In this document: piece by piece, positions 19,235 through 33,353 of the stretch
Numbering within the stretch: the stretch's first letter is position 1
Layout: every line of letters starts with the position of its first letter
Assembly (NCBI GenBank): GCA_003151775.1
Contig: PLYK01000050.1
Span: 5,580 to 62,002, forward strand
Reading direction: 5' to 3'
Length of the DNA: 56,423 nucleotides
Source of the DNA: Geobacter sp.
GTDB lineage: Bacteria > Desulfobacterota > Desulfuromonadia > Geobacterales > Pseudopelobacteraceae
Translations under genes and position numbers: made by a program
The notes under the pieces: model-generated
Seen by the model: the letters and a program-made list of their open reading frames with translations, nothing else
Databases searched by the model: none
Told to the model about the DNA's origin: nothing

Positions 19235-19648
19235 TTATTTCGGAGCCGGCTCCGTCACCATGCCGAGCCGCTCAATCCCGGCACCCTTGATGTCGGCCAT
19301 GATCCTGACGACCTCGCCGTAGGGGACGCTCGCGTCGGCCTTGAGGAAAACCTCTTTCTTGGTCCGCGTGGCAAACAGGTCCGTCAACTTGGAGCGCAGA
19401 TCACCGGCCGGAGTTTCCTCCTTGTTGATGAAGACCTTGTTGTTCTTGTCCACGGTTACCACGACCGTTTCCTCCGCCGGATTCATGGCCTTGGTGTCGG
19501 CTTTGGGAAGGTTTACCTGGACCCCCTGCTGCATCATCGGCGCGGTCACCATGAAGATGATCAGGAGCACCAGCATGACGTCAACCAGCGGGGTGACGTT
19601 TATCTCCGACATCGTGCCCCTGTTGTCATTATGTCCGCCCATTGCCAT
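19235..19648 (-). CDS. tolR: TolR
   Basis: SEINVTPLVDVMLVLLIIFMVTAP. Confidence 0.92.
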   Translation of the reverse strand: MAMGGHNDNRGTMSEINVTPLVDVMLVLLIIFMVTAPMMQQGVQVNLPKADTKAMNPAEETVVVTVDKNNKVFINKEETPAGDLRSKLTDLFATRTKKEVFLKADASVPYGEVVRIMADIKGAGIERLGMVTEPAPK

Positions 19649-19651
19649 CGG

Positions 19652-20323
19652 TTATTTCCCTGCAACGTTTCGTTGCACTATATTGAGAAACTCGGTTGAG
19701 AAGCTGTCCATGTCCTTGATCAGTACCCGGATCTTGTGCTGGAAATGATTGTAGGCCATGACGGCCGGGATGGCGGCCACCAGGCCGATGGCGGTGGCGA
19801 TCAGCGCCTCCGCGATGCCGGGGGCCACCACGGCCAGCGAGGCGGAACCGGTTTTGCCGATACCCTCAAAAGCGGTCATGATGCCCCAGACCGTCCCGAA
19901 CAGGCCGATGAACGGCGAGGTGGAGCCGGTGGTCGCCAGGAAGGTGGTGTATTTTTCGAGACGGGTGATCTCCGAATTGGTGGCGCGGCGCAAGGCGCGG
20001 GAGACGTTTTCGATACCCCCCAGGTCGGTGCTGAGGATGCTGGTGTCGGCCTTGCCCCTCCCTTCCATAAACTTGCCCAACTCGCCGTATCCCTCGTTGA
20101 AGAGCATCGTCAAAGGCGAACTGTTGAAACGGTCCACCTGGGAGGCGATGGCGTCAAAGCGTTTGGATTTCCAGAAGAAATCCATAAAACGTTCCGAATC
20201 GGCGTTGGCCTTGTAGATCTGGAAAAACTTGAACATGATGATGGTCCACGACAGGACCGAGAACCCGATGAGAATAAGCAGGTCAATCTTGACAACGATT
20301 CCGGTAACGTTCAAAAGGCCCAC
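19652..20323 (-). CDS. tolQ: TolQ
   Basis: FLATTGSTSPFIGLFGTVWGIM, VAPGIAEALIATAIGL; GTG start after GGAGG (ORF track starts at 20371). Confidence 0.92.
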   Translation of the reverse strand: MGLLNVTGIVVKIDLLILIGFSVLSWTIIMFKFFQIYKANADSERFMDFFWKSKRFDAIASQVDRFNSSPLTMLFNEGYGELGKFMEGRGKADTSILSTDLGGIENVSRALRRATNSEITRLEKYTTFLATTGSTSPFIGLFGTVWGIMTAFEGIGKTGSASLAVVAPGIAEALIATAIGLVAAIPAVMAYNHFQHKIRVLIKDMDSFSTEFLNIVQRNVAGK

Positions 20324-20440
20324 AGGGAGCACCTCCGAGAAATGTGTTCGATTAAAAACTAGCCCGATCAATGAGCCAAGTCAAGCCCAAATCGACAATA
20401 GAACTGAATCCGTGACGCCTTCACGGATTCGGGAACCTAT

Positions 20441-21226
20441 TCAGCAACATACGCTGATCCGCTCTATGCTGAGCGCCTTGCCGCTCTGTGCGTCAATCCC
20501 GACCAGCACGCCGTTGAGACGGATATCCTTTTTGGGGACTTCAAATTTTGCCGGCAGTTGGGTGAGGAACTTGTTGATGGCCTCTTCCTTGCCGATGCCG
20601 ATCACGGAATCGAAGCTCCCGGTCATACCGGCATCGGTCAGGTAGGCAGTCCCCTGGGGCAGGATACGTTCGTCGGCAGTCTGCACATGGGTGTGGGTGC
20701 CGATAACGGCGCTGACCCGGCCGTCGAGATACCACCCCAGGGCTGATTTCTCCGAGGTGGCCTCGGCATGAAAATCCACGAAGATGAGCGGTGTATCCCT
20801 TCTCAAAAGCTTAATCTCACGATCTGCGATGCGGAAGGGGCACTCCAGGTTTTTCATGTAGACCCGTCCCTCCAGGTTGAGCACCCCTACCTTGACGCCG
20901 CCCGGGGTTGTGACAACGACGCTGCCGGCGCCGGGCACCCCCTCGGCATAGTTGGCGGGACGGAGGATGCGCCGGTCCGCCAGCATGAGCGGGACCTGCT
21001 CCTTCTTGTCCCAGATGTGGTTCCCGCTGGTCAGGCAATGCACACCCGTGTCAAACAGCTCCTTGGCCGTTTCGGAGGTCAGGCCGAAGCCGCCGGCCGC
21101 GTTTTCGCCGTTGGCGATGATCAGGTCCACTGCATGCCGGTCCACGAGACGGTGCAGTTCACGGGAAAGGGCCTGGCGCCCCGGCCTGCCGATGATGTCG
21201 CCGAAGAAGAGGATTTTGATGCTCAT
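20441..21226 (-). CDS. ymdB: YmdB/TIGR00282 metallophosphoesterase
   Basis: GDIIG, NGEN, TSGNH, DFHAEATSEK, GTHTHVQT. Confidence 0.9.
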   Translation of the reverse strand: MSIKILFFGDIIGRPGRQALSRELHRLVDRHAVDLIIANGENAAGGFGLTSETAKELFDTGVHCLTSGNHIWDKKEQVPLMLADRRILRPANYAEGVPGAGSVVVTTPGGVKVGVLNLEGRVYMKNLECPFRIADREIKLLRRDTPLIFVDFHAEATSEKSALGWYLDGRVSAVIGTHTHVQTADERILPQGTAYLTDAGMTGSFDSVIGIGKEEAINKFLTQLPAKFEVPKKDIRLNGVLVGIDAQSGKALSIERISVCC

Positions 21227-21240
21227 TGGATGCTTTCTTT

Positions 21241-21269
21241 ATGCCCCCTCCCGATCGGGGAGGGGGCAT
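21241..21269. repeat. C/G palindromic repeat of the same style as the MITE cores
   Basis: ATGCCCCCTCCC-gatcg-GGGAGGGGGCAT. Confidence 0.55.
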
Positions 21270-21302
21270 GGGGGGATGACGAGGAAAGGGAGCAGCGTAG
21301 GA

Positions 21303-22868
21303 TCAGCGGGCGAACTCGACCGCTCGCGTCTCTCGGATCACATTCACCTTGATCTGGCCGGGATAGGTCATCTCTGCCTCGATCTTTTTTGCAATGTCGC
21401 GGGCCATGACCAGCGATTGCTCGTCACTGATCTGCTCGCTGGCCACCATCACGCGAATCTCCCGGCCGGCCTGGATGGCGAACGAGGAGCTTACGCCGCT
21501 GAAGGAGGTGGCAATGCGTTCCAGATCATCCAGGCGTTTGACATAGGTTTCCATCATCTCGCGCCGGGCTCCGGGCCGGGCGCCGGAGAGGGCGTCGGCC
21601 GCCTGGACCAGCACCGCCAGCACGGTGGCGGGTTTTTCGTCCTCGTGGTGGGCCATGATGGCATGCACGATCTTCGGGGATTCTCCGTATTTCCTGGCCA
21701 ACTCGGCGCCGATCACGGCATGGGACCCCTCCACCTCGTGGTCTACCGCTTTGCCCAGGTCGTGCAACAGGCCGGCACGCTTGGCCTGCTTGACGTTGAT
21801 GCCCAGTTCGGCCGCCATGATACCACACAAAAACGCCACTTCCAGCGAATGCTGATAGACGTTCTGGGTGTAGGAGGTCCGGTATTTGAGACGGCCGATC
21901 AGTTTAAGTATCTCGGGATGAATACCGTGGACCCCCAGGTCAAAGGCCGCCTGCTCGCCGGCCTCTTTGATGGAAAGCTCAACCTCTTCGGTGGACTTGG
22001 CCACCACCTCTTCGATGCGGCCGGGATGGATGCGGCCGTCGGCGATCAACTTCTCCAGGGAGAGGCGGGCCACCTCGCGGCGAACCGGGTTGAAGCCGGA
22101 CAGGATGACCGCTTCAGGGGTATCATCGATAATCAGGTCGATGCCGGTTGCCGCCTCCAGGGCGCGGATGTTACGCCCCTCGCGCCCGATGATGCGTCCC
22201 TTCATCTCGTCCGAAGGAAGCGGCACAACCGATACCGTCCGCTCCGAAACATATTCGCCCGCATAGCGCTGAATGGCCAGGGCCATGATCTCCTTGGCCT
22301 TCTTGTCGGCTGTCTCGCGGGCCTCCTCTTCGATGACCTTTATGAGCTTGGCCGCATCATACTTGGCTTCGCTCTCCATGGCGTTCATCAGTTCCTTTTT
22401 GGCCTCGCCGGCCGTCATGCCCGAAATCTGCTCAAGCTTGGCCATCTGGGTGCCAACCGCCTGTTTCAGTTCGTCTTCGCGTTGCGCCAGGGCCTGTTCC
22501 TTGGCGGAATGGACCTGCTCTTTTTTCAGGATATCCAGCTCTTTCTGGTCAAAAAGGGCAACCTTCTTGTCAAGGTTCTCTTCCTTTTGCATCAGGCGCT
22601 TCTCGAGATTCTGGAGATCTTTCTTCTTCTCCCGCATCTCGCTCTCATACTCCTCCTTGGCCTCGATAGCCGCGTCCTTGGACTTGAGCTCGGCCTCCTT
22701 GGTGATGGTATCGGCCTCGCGCCGGGCATCCTCGATGACCTTGGTCGCCAGTTCCTCAGCCTGCCTGACGATGGCGTCTGTATCCTTCCTGCTGAACCTG
22801 TTGCCGGCATAATAGGCCCCGGCGGCCACCGCCAGGGTAATCACAACCATCCAGATACTCACTTCCAT
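21303..22868 (-). CDS. rny: Ribonuclease Y
   Basis: N-terminal TM helix, coiled coil, KH ([14 protein letters not shown]), HD (LLHDLGK). Confidence 0.95.
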   Translation of the reverse strand: MEVSIWMVVITLAVAAGAYYAGNRFSRKDTDAIVRQAEELATKVIEDARREADTITKEAELKSKDAAIEAKEEYESEMREKKKDLQNLEKRLMQKEENLDKKVALFDQKELDILKKEQVHSAKEQALAQREDELKQAVGTQMAKLEQISGMTAGEAKKELMNAMESEAKYDAAKLIKVIEEEARETADKKAKEIMALAIQRYAGEYVSERTVSVVPLPSDEMKGRIIGREGRNIRALEAATGIDLIIDDTPEAVILSGFNPVRREVARLSLEKLIADGRIHPGRIEEVVAKSTEEVELSIKEAGEQAAFDLGVHGIHPEILKLIGRLKYRTSYTQNVYQHSLEVAFLCGIMAAELGINVKQAKRAGLLHDLGKAVDHEVEGSHAVIGAELARKYGESPKIVHAIMAHHEDEKPATVLAVLVQAADALSGARPGARREMMETYVKRLDDLERIATSFSGVSSSFAIQAGREIRVMVASEQISDEQSLVMARDIAKKIEAEMTYPGQIKVNVIRETRAVEFAR

Positions 22869-22973
22869 ATCGATAACCTCCTCTATCAGACTGCTGAAGC
22901 GCTACCGCGGGGGTCCCGGATCGCCTGCGCAGCGAATCCGTATCTCCCCGTTCCAATGTCAACAGCCTGTTTT

Positions 22974-23567
22974 TTAATCCGGGCCACCAGGATGGCTCCG
23001 GTTACTTCCACAACGGACGATCCGCCGATCGCTGACGATGATCTCCATTCGTATGTCGTGCCCTTCAGCGGGGATATCCCCTGAGATCAACTGAAAATCA
23101 TGGCACAATCCCACCAGGTGGGCCTTGCGGCCGGGGTGCCGCAGAAAACGGTCGTAAAACCCCTTGCCGTAGCCGATGCGGTGCCCGCTCAGATCGAAGG
23201 CCACCCCCGGCACCACGATCAGGTCAGCCTCATCGGCGTGGTGATCCACGCCGGTGGAGCAGGGCTCAAGAATGCCGAAACTCCCCTGCTCAAGGCTTGC
23301 CAGCCCTTCCACCTGGCGGAACACCATGCGTTCCCCGCATACGGCCGGGTAAAGCACCCGCTTGCCGGACTTGAAGGCGGACGCCACGATCTCGGCGGTG
23401 TCGGCCTCGTTGCGGGCCGGGGCATAGAGGGCAATACACCCCGCCTGTGCATATTCTTCGAGAGTGAGGAGATGTTGCTGGGCCAACAGGCTGGACCCAC
23501 GCCATTCTTCCAGGCCGAGCGCCAGGCGTTGGGCCAGCATTTGTTGCCGCAGTGATCGCTTTGGCAT
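22974..23567 (-). CDS. ygfA: 5-formyltetrahydrofolate cyclo-ligase
   Basis: DLIVVPGVAFD...RIGYGKGFYDR; follows 6S RNA. Confidence 0.92.
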   Translation of the reverse strand: MPKRSLRQQMLAQRLALGLEEWRGSSLLAQQHLLTLEEYAQAGCIALYAPARNEADTAEIVASAFKSGKRVLYPAVCGERMVFRQVEGLASLEQGSFGILEPCSTGVDHHADEADLIVVPGVAFDLSGHRIGYGKGFYDRFLRHPGRKAHLVGLCHDFQLISGDIPAEGHDIRMEIIVSDRRIVRCGSNRSHPGGPD

Positions 23568-23629
23568 ACCATCGATTCCACGAAAAACCGTTCGGATGCG
23601 GACAAGTAAAGAGGGCCCGGAGGGATAGC

Positions 23630-23804
23630 GTCCCGGGGAGGTCGATCAGGGAGGGTGAAAGGGGAATGGCTCGTGAGTGCCGCAGAATTGGGTTGGGCGC
23701 CGGTTTTCTTCTCGGGAGCGATTCCTTCCTTTCGTCGTTGAATATATTCTGCGGGTGTCAGGTTATCAGCAGGCGGGGACCGAAGTCGCCACACCTACCG
23801 GGAC
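23630..23804 (-). ncRNA. ssrS: 6S RNA
   Basis: Canonical zapA-ssrS-ygfA position; terminal stem GTCCCGG...CCGGGAC encloses about 175 nt; ends approximate. Confidence 0.75.
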
Positions 23805-23860
23805 TGATTGCGATGCTGATGCGAATATATGATCAAGTCTCCCTTACGAGACCTTGCACT

Positions 23861-24133
23861 TCAGGTTTTTTCCAGTTTTTCCAGCAGCCGGCGCAACGAA
23901 ACATCGATGGGGGCGTCACGTTCAGCAGAGTCGCGCAGTTCCAGCAGCTCTTCGCTGGTGTTAAGCAGCGCCAGCATGAGCACCAGATGAGCATCGCCGC
24001 TTTTGAGGGCGCTGCCGATTTCTTGCAGCCTGGCATTGACAAACGATTCCACCGCCTGAACCTTTTCGGCGGGGGCCGAACTCCTGACCGAAAGTTCCCG
24101 GCCAAGCACCGTCACCAGATGGGTCGTCTTCAT
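23861..24133 (-). CDS. zapA: Cell division protein ZapA
   Basis: VTVLGRELSVRS...LMLALLN; synteny. Confidence 0.85.
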   Translation of the reverse strand: MKTTHLVTVLGRELSVRSSAPAEKVQAVESFVNARLQEIGSALKSGDAHLVLMLALLNTSEELLELRDSAERDAPIDVSLRRLLEKLEKT

Positions 24134-24235
24134 TCGCTTTCACAGGCACACACTACGTTTGCCGGTCTCCCGGCGCACCGGCCGCCCCTGCCGGCAAAGG
24201 CCGCCACGTATCGGCCCGTCCGCCTTCCCGGCAAT

Positions 24236-24412
24236 TCAGAACCCTTCCAGCTTGCCGAGAATGGCATCGACACGCGACTTGAAACCTTCACGCTCCGACT
24301 GGAGCCGCTGATTTTCTTCAGCCAGCCGCGCATTGTCGGCTTTCAGGTTTGAATATTTACCCAGCAGGTCATCGACCTTCTTTTCCAGTGCTGCAAACAG
24401 TTCCTTGTCCAT
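24236..24412 (-). CDS. zapB: ZapB-like coiled-coil cell division protein
   Basis: 58-aa coiled coil (LEKKVDDLL...LKADN...RVDAILGKLE) upstream of zapA. Confidence 0.7.
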   Translation of the reverse strand: MDKELFAALEKKVDDLLGKYSNLKADNARLAEENQRLQSEREGFKSRVDAILGKLEGF

Positions 24413-24530
24413 GGTGCAGGCTTCCTTTCGCGAAACCTTACTATACCCACCGGCCACAGTGAAGTCAAGCCCTAATTGCGCGAAATCTTGGGCTTCTCTG
24501 GCCCTTCGGCGCTGTTTGGCGAGAGCCTTG

Positions 24531-25601
24531 TCAGGCCTGGAAGAGGGCATCCGTGAACTCCTGCGGATTAAAGTCGCGCAGGTCGTCGACCGCCTCCCCA
24601 ACACCGATATAGCGGACCGGCAGGCCGAACTCGTGGCTGACCGCCACCACGATGCCCCCCTTGGCGGTGCCGTCCAGCTTGGTCAGGGCAATGCCGGTGA
24701 CACCGGCCGCCTCCTTGAAAAGCCGTGCCTGGGAGACGGCATTCTGGCCGGTGGCCGCATCCAACACCAGCAGCGTCTCGTGGGGAGCGCCGGGAATCTC
24801 GCGGTTGATGACGCGGTTAATCTTCTTCATCTCCTCCATCAGGTTGACCTTGGTATGCAGCCGGCCGGCCGTGTCGACGATCAGGATATCCACCTGCCGG
24901 GCCACCGCAGCCTTGCAGGCGTCAAAAACCACCGCAGACGGATCGGACCCCTCCTTGTGGCGGATGACATCCACGCCGGAGCGTTCCCCCCAGGCTTCGA
25001 GCTGCTCGGCGGCCGCAGCGCGGAAGGTATCGGCGGCCGCCAAGAGCACCCTCTTTCCGTCGCCCGTGAAACGTGAGGCCAGCTTGCCGATGGTGGTGGT
25101 CTTGCCGACGCCGTTCACGCCGATCACCAGCAGCACAAAGGGGTGCCGGCCGCCGGTGTCGAGCACGCTATGATGGGCGTTCAGGCGCGCCAGGATATCC
25201 GCCTTGAGGGCCGCCCGCAGCGCCTCGCCGTCCTTGAGTTCGTTGCGCCCCAGGCGCTGTTCCAGGGCGCGGATCAATTCCACCGTGGTCTTGACGCCGA
25301 TGTCCGACGTGATCAGGATCTCTTCCAACTCCTCCAGGGTATCGGCGTCGATCTCCTTTTTCCCCAGCACCAGGGCGTCGATACGCCCAACCAGCCCGTC
25401 TTTGGTCTTTTTCAGGCCGCTCTTGAGGCGCGCGAAAAAACCGGGCGCATTCTCCTGCCTTTCTTCCGCTTCGACAGACGGGGCTCTCGCCGGCTCCAAA
25501 GCCGGCGTCGGCGGCTCGAACTCATCCGCCTTAGGTTGCCCGCTCCCGGTTATCCTGTCCACCAGGCCCCGGAAAAACCCTTTCTGCTCCTGCTGTCCCA
25601 T
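24531..25601 (-). CDS. ftsY: SRP receptor FtsY
   Basis: [37 protein letters not shown]. Confidence 0.95.
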   Translation of the reverse strand: MGQQEQKGFFRGLVDRITGSGQPKADEFEPPTPALEPARAPSVEAEERQENAPGFFARLKSGLKKTKDGLVGRIDALVLGKKEIDADTLEELEEILITSDIGVKTTVELIRALEQRLGRNELKDGEALRAALKADILARLNAHHSVLDTGGRHPFVLLVIGVNGVGKTTTIGKLASRFTGDGKRVLLAAADTFRAAAAEQLEAWGERSGVDVIRHKEGSDPSAVVFDACKAAVARQVDILIVDTAGRLHTKVNLMEEMKKINRVINREIPGAPHETLLVLDAATGQNAVSQARLFKEAAGVTGIALTKLDGTAKGGIVVAVSHEFGLPVRYIGVGEAVDDLRDFNPQEFTDALFQA

Positions 25602-25957
25602 CAGATCTCCTTCTTGAGTTGCCTAACGGCGGTTCGAAAATGATATAACGCCAGGGCAACCGGACAGGCGCGACCGACATCCATCACCAGTGAGTAGTCG
25701 TCATCGATACCACCGACGATCAGGTGCCGATCTCTGGCGGTCACAACCACATCCTCAATTGCCCCCACCTGTTCACTTGCCTGCATCTCTTTCAGCCGGG
25801 TCAGGATGATCCCCTTATGAGCGCCGATAAAGCGTATCTCATAGGGATCGCAGCGGCACCACTCCTGCACCGCCTCCCCTTCCCAATCAACCAGAATGGC
25901 CCCCACCGCCTGGGGGGTCTCCTCGACCAGCGTTTTCAGAATACTTTGAAACGGCAC
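25601..25957 (-). CDS. Roadblock/LC7 (MglB-like) domain protein
   Basis: FQSILKTLVE..GAILVDWEGEAV; size and fold pattern; GTG start inferred. Confidence 0.65.
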   Translation of the reverse strand: MPFQSILKTLVEETPQAVGAILVDWEGEAVQEWCRCDPYEIRFIGAHKGIILTRLKEMQASEQVGAIEDVVVTARDRHLIVGGIDDDYSLVMDVGRACPVALALYHFRTAVRQLKKEI

Positions 25958-26022
25958 AGGGATATCCTCACGACAGAATGCTAACACCCAAAAGGGCATA
26001 AAAGATAGTCATCACAGCGGGT

Positions 26023-29553
<3,531 letters not shown>

Positions 29554-29572
29554 GGGGGTGCTGATGTCAGTT

Positions 29573-30085
29573 TCAAGGTGAAACCAGTCCTTTTGTGAGT
29601 GTATCCAGTGGCAGGAAAAGCTTCAAGGGATCATCCTGAAGCGGGATAAAACCGAAGCGAAGATAAAATGTTCGTGCCTTTTCGTCCTTTGCGTCCACAA
29701 AAAAACCGGTGATTGCGCCGGATTCCTTTATTGCCGTCAACATTCGCTTGACGGCATCAGCCAACAATAGACCACCATATCCCTTGCCCTGACTGCTTTT
29801 GTCTACAGCAAGCCTGGCAAGTTTTGCAGCAGGCAAGCGCGATGATTTCGGCAACTTTCGGGAATATTTTCGGGGAAGACAAACCGCTTCGACCTCAAGG
29901 AACGAGAGGGTGAAAAATCCCAGGATTCTCTGGGGAAAATCTTCATCCAGGAGAACAAAGGAATTTGATAGGCCCTTGTCTCGATGCTGCCGGGCTGTTT
30001 GTTGCAGAAACTCGTTGAGTGCCGGCACTCCGCAATCAAAAGCCTTGCGGTCATGAGTTGAATCAAGGGGGAAAATGATCAGCAT
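29573..30085 (-). CDS. GNAT acetyltransferase toxin (TacT/AtaT-like)
   Basis: HDRKAFDCG..LNEFL, LARLAVD..QGKGYG, VDAKD...FY..FGF; overlaps the antitoxin gene. Confidence 0.88.
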   Translation of the reverse strand: MLIIFPLDSTHDRKAFDCGVPALNEFLQQTARQHRDKGLSNSFVLLDEDFPQRILGFFTLSFLEVEAVCLPRKYSRKLPKSSRLPAAKLARLAVDKSSQGKGYGGLLLADAVKRMLTAIKESGAITGFFVDAKDEKARTFYLRFGFIPLQDDPLKLFLPLDTLTKGLVSP

Positions 30086-30384
30086 TTGACGAGTTGGCTG
30101 TGGGCTTTCAATGCTTCGATCAACTTCTGCGATGGTTCAGGGGGGCTATCCAGCGCCGCAAGAAAGGTTCGGGAGTCCCTCTCCGATAGACGCAACGTCT
30201 CTTCGCGCTCAAGAATCTGGCCTGCGCGATCAAGAGCGGTCTGCACGATGAACTGATTGAGGGTTGCGCCGTATACGGCAGCGGCCCGCTCGATGATTAT
30301 TCGCTTGGCGTGGGGTATTCGCGCCGTGATACGATCATCAGCCACAGGTTTTTCTGATGACTCTTGAGCTTTTGCAGTTTGCAT
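30079..30384 (-). CDS. DUF1778 RHH antitoxin (TacA/AtaR-like)
   Basis: RITARI...IERAA...LNQFI..ALDRA...LSERD..FLAALDSPP. Confidence 0.88.
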   Translation of the reverse strand: MQTAKAQESSEKPVADDRITARIPHAKRIIIERAAAVYGATLNQFIVQTALDRAGQILEREETLRLSERDSRTFLAALDSPPEPSQKLIEALKAHSQLVKC

Positions 30385-30413
30385 GATTTTCCTCCACAAT
30401 GCCTTCGAGGTCA

Positions 30414-30443
30414 TCTTAACGCCAGTGGTGCCAATTTGGCAAC
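30414..30443 (-). promoter_or_regulatory. Putative sigma70 promoter of the toxin-antitoxin operon with an overlapping palindrome
   Basis: TTGCCA-18 nt-TAAGAT on the minus strand; TGCCAA-t-TTGGCA palindrome at 30429-30441. Confidence 0.45.
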
Positions 30444-30510
30444 ATGAATCTGCGGAAAAAATGAAGCGAGCGACCTGACTACTCGGTTGAAACCACGGCT
30501 AAGCCGGATT

Positions 30511-31689
30511 TTATTCCCTTTGCATCCGGGTGCCTTGGAATTTTCTGATACCTGATTCAAACATATCCTCAATCTGGTTCTTTGGATGCTTGACCGCATA
30601 TGCGGAAAAATAGAAAAAGAGCAGGCTGACAATACAAACAAAAAACAATCCGAGAACCACTTGTTGAATAATTTTTTTCCTGTTGGCCTGGTTGGAATTG
30701 TCTATTTCGTCGCCGGCATCGATTCTGCCGGTATAGGCATAATGTTTGTCCGGTATGCCCATAATATCGATGTTCAGGGGTTCGACATCGGCAAAACCCC
30801 TAAATTGCCGTATCCGTCGTATCTGTACGCCGCTGATGTGACTGTTGATGGCAAAACGGGCGCGTTCATCGATAAAGACGAACTTCATACCGGTATTGAA
30901 GCAATTCCCTTCATCACCGGCAGTATCGTTGTGATTGGAGAAAACCACACGCGCGACAATATCCACGATACACGATAACGACGGCACAAATATCTCAAGC
31001 AGGAGAAATTCATCCGTTTCGAATCCCTGATTGGTCAGGATCTTCAGACCGCCGCCGCTGATGTTGATAGCGACCGAGGTGACGGAGCCCCAGGATTCAT
31101 AGTACGGATTATCTTCCGGTTCCTCCTTTAGTTTGCCCGTGGAGAAGGGTTCGGCCGGCCCACCGGGAAAAGCGCCCTCCAGGAGTTTCTGTTCTCTGGC
31201 GCGTTCCTCAGCTCGAAGCCTTTCACGCTTGGCCTCCAACCTTATCATTTCCCGGATACGCTCCTCTTCCAGACGCTGCTTTCGCCGTTCCTCCCATTCC
31301 TTCTTCACAGCGGCGGGATTCTGATCATGCAGTGTATAAAATTTTATCGGAAGAAAGGCATCGATCCGATAGAACTCCCGCAACTCTTCGAAGACAATCT
31401 CGCCGGTAAGACGCAGCAACAGATCCTGGTCATATCCCTTGCTGACGATAAAGGCGCGGCAGGAGTGTGCCTGCCCATCACTCTCGCTTCGTATGGTGAG
31501 AATTTGTCCAACACGCAGGTTGACCCCGTCCGGCAGCATGTCGCGGGAGAGTTGCAGCGAGACGAGGTCTTCATCTATTTCACTTATGATGGCCCAGTCG
31601 CGGAATACCTTGGCGTCCGGCAGAGGGATGCCGATCTCAACCTTCATGCCGGTGAAATAGCGGCTTGTGTATTGTCCTGCGTCACTCAT
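30511..31689 (-). CDS. PilZ-like domain protein with a charged insertion and a C-terminal TM helix
   Basis: REFYR (RxxxR) and NISGGG (NxSxxG) motifs; N-terminal PilZN-like region. Confidence 0.75.
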   Translation of the reverse strand: MSDAGQYTSRYFTGMKVEIGIPLPDAKVFRDWAIISEIDEDLVSLQLSRDMLPDGVNLRVGQILTIRSESDGQAHSCRAFIVSKGYDQDLLLRLTGEIVFEELREFYRIDAFLPIKFYTLHDQNPAAVKKEWEERRKQRLEEERIREMIRLEAKRERLRAEERAREQKLLEGAFPGGPAEPFSTGKLKEEPEDNPYYESWGSVTSVAINISGGGLKILTNQGFETDEFLLLEIFVPSLSCIVDIVARVVFSNHNDTAGDEGNCFNTGMKFVFIDERARFAINSHISGVQIRRIRQFRGFADVEPLNIDIMGIPDKHYAYTGRIDAGDEIDNSNQANRKKIIQQVVLGLFFVCIVSLLFFYFSAYAVKHPKNQIEDMFESGIRKFQGTRMQRE

Positions 31690-31929
31690 GTTTCAGGTCA
31701 CGTTATCCCTTCTTCGCACCTCAGACGAATCGATCATCATGCCAAGCACCACTCAACTGTAGGTAACTTTAGACCTTTGTCAACACAAGAGGCCCCGGTG
31801 CACTGAGGGGAAAAAAGAGAAGGGGCCGCATTTTCCGGCCCCTTCATCCCGCGTTCTGGTGCATGTCCACCGCCCCGGTCATGGGTCATCAGGATGATTA
31901 TCCTCCCCGAAATGACCCCGGAATTTTCC

Positions 31930-32373
31930 TTAATCATGCATAGCCGATTTCTTTTCGATAATATCTGTGAGAAGCGGCATTACTCTTTTGTCCCAATTAT
32001 TAGAACCGGCAATTTTAAGTACAAGCGTTTTGTCAACCAGTACGGCAAAAGTAGGGGTACTATTGTCCATCTTGACGCTCTCATAAATCCACTTGAAATC
32101 ATCCGGCAAATCTTCTATCTGCAAATTTCTATGAAATGTATCCCGAACAATTTTAAGAAACACTATATGCTTAATCTCTTCAGATGACAGAAATTTTTGT
32201 TGTTCATTCTCTTCCCACTGGTTACAAAAATGACAATCCCGTGCACCAAGATAAACTAATGTAATCTTTGAATCCTTATGCAAATCCAGTCCATATCCAG
32301 GGATGAGTCCTGATATTGCAGCACATCCGGAAAAGGCCATAACTGCTGCAAACATTAATATAATTCTGTTCAT
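31930..32373 (-). CDS. Hypothetical lipoprotein with a thioredoxin-like CxxC
   Basis: Lipobox FSGC; GARDCHFCNQW; later TPTF; GGAG RBS; AT-rich. Confidence 0.65.
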   Translation of the reverse strand: MNRIILMFAAVMAFSGCAAISGLIPGYGLDLHKDSKITLVYLGARDCHFCNQWEENEQQKFLSSEEIKHIVFLKIVRDTFHRNLQIEDLPDDFKWIYESVKMDNSTPTFAVLVDKTLVLKIAGSNNWDKRVMPLLTDIIEKKSAMHD

Positions 32374-32669
32374 ATCTCCACCTTCTTCCGAATCTCTTCA
32401 ATGAAAGCACCCGAAAAAGTTTCAATAAAGCAGGGCTTCCTGCTATCGGATAAGAAGGCCGCCTCACTTCGAGCGGTCTTTTCCATTTGAAAAAAAAGCT
32501 CTGCAACCAGGAGGGCGGTTACAGAGCAAAAGTATCATGTATTATTTATAGCTGAACATGACGTCAATTGTCAACTATGTAAAAATTATTTTAAGCTGAG
32601 GGAATGGCAGGGGACCATGATGAGAACCCGGTTTTTTTATGCCCATTTATTCAATGCTCCCCACTATGC

Positions 32670-32815
32670 AGAGAGAAAGAAAAGGATTATCTTAAAAGCT
32701 TGGCGAAGGCATGGAAACGATGAAAAAAAACGTAACCTCTTTGAAGAGCTGGTGCAAGGGATTGAGGAAATCAATCAGCACCTTGAGGGTAAAATCACCC
32801 TCAAATATACTGATT
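32670..32815 (+). pseudogene. Remnant of a RelE/HigB-HigA-like toxin-antitoxin pair
   Basis: KDYLKSLAKAWKR* overlaps the next ATG (ATGA); an A8 run puts KRNLFEELVQGIEEINQHLEGKITLK out of frame; truncated before the HTH. Confidence 0.5.
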
Positions 32816-32845
32816 CCCTCACGGCTCCTCCATGAGTTGCCACTC

Positions 32846-33298
32846 TTAAGCATCCCCCATCGCCACCGGCAATTCGTATCCGGCCAGCCGGTAGAGGCTG
32901 TGCCAGGCGGTAACGCAGCGGCCACAGGCGTGCCACTGCGCCAATTCCCCTTTCGCCGAGGTGATGTGGCCGGGGTTGATGTCCCGGGAGCCGCACTTGG
33001 GGCAGCGCTCGCCATGCTGCTTGACGAACATCTCCTGGGGCACGAATTCCGGCTTGATGGTCCCCTGGATGGCCTTGTAGACCGTGGAGGTGGTTGCCAC
33101 GCCGGAGATGCAGGCATCGGCCTCGGATGCGCTGGCATCGGCGATCAACACCTCGGGCGGCGTGCTGTCCCGGTAAACCAGGCTACAGGTGTAGCCCCTT
33201 GAGGTGCGTTCGATCTTCAGGCCAAAGGCGGTATCCTTGAGCGGTCCCAGGTTCAGTTCGGTACAGCGGGCCTTGAGTTGCTTTTCAGTGACTTTCAT
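32846..33298 (-). CDS. Hypothetical protein with a C-terminal zinc ribbon
   Basis: CPKCG...CGRC; GAGG RBS. Confidence 0.7.
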   Translation of the reverse strand: MKVTEKQLKARCTELNLGPLKDTAFGLKIERTSRGYTCSLVYRDSTPPEVLIADASASEADACISGVATTSTVYKAIQGTIKPEFVPQEMFVKQHGERCPKCGSRDINPGHITSAKGELAQWHACGRCVTAWHSLYRLAGYELPVAMGDA

Positions 33299-33353
33299 CG
33301 TTTCCTCGTAGTATTTCTTTTTGGTTTGTCGTTCCTCTGCGGGCCGATACCTC

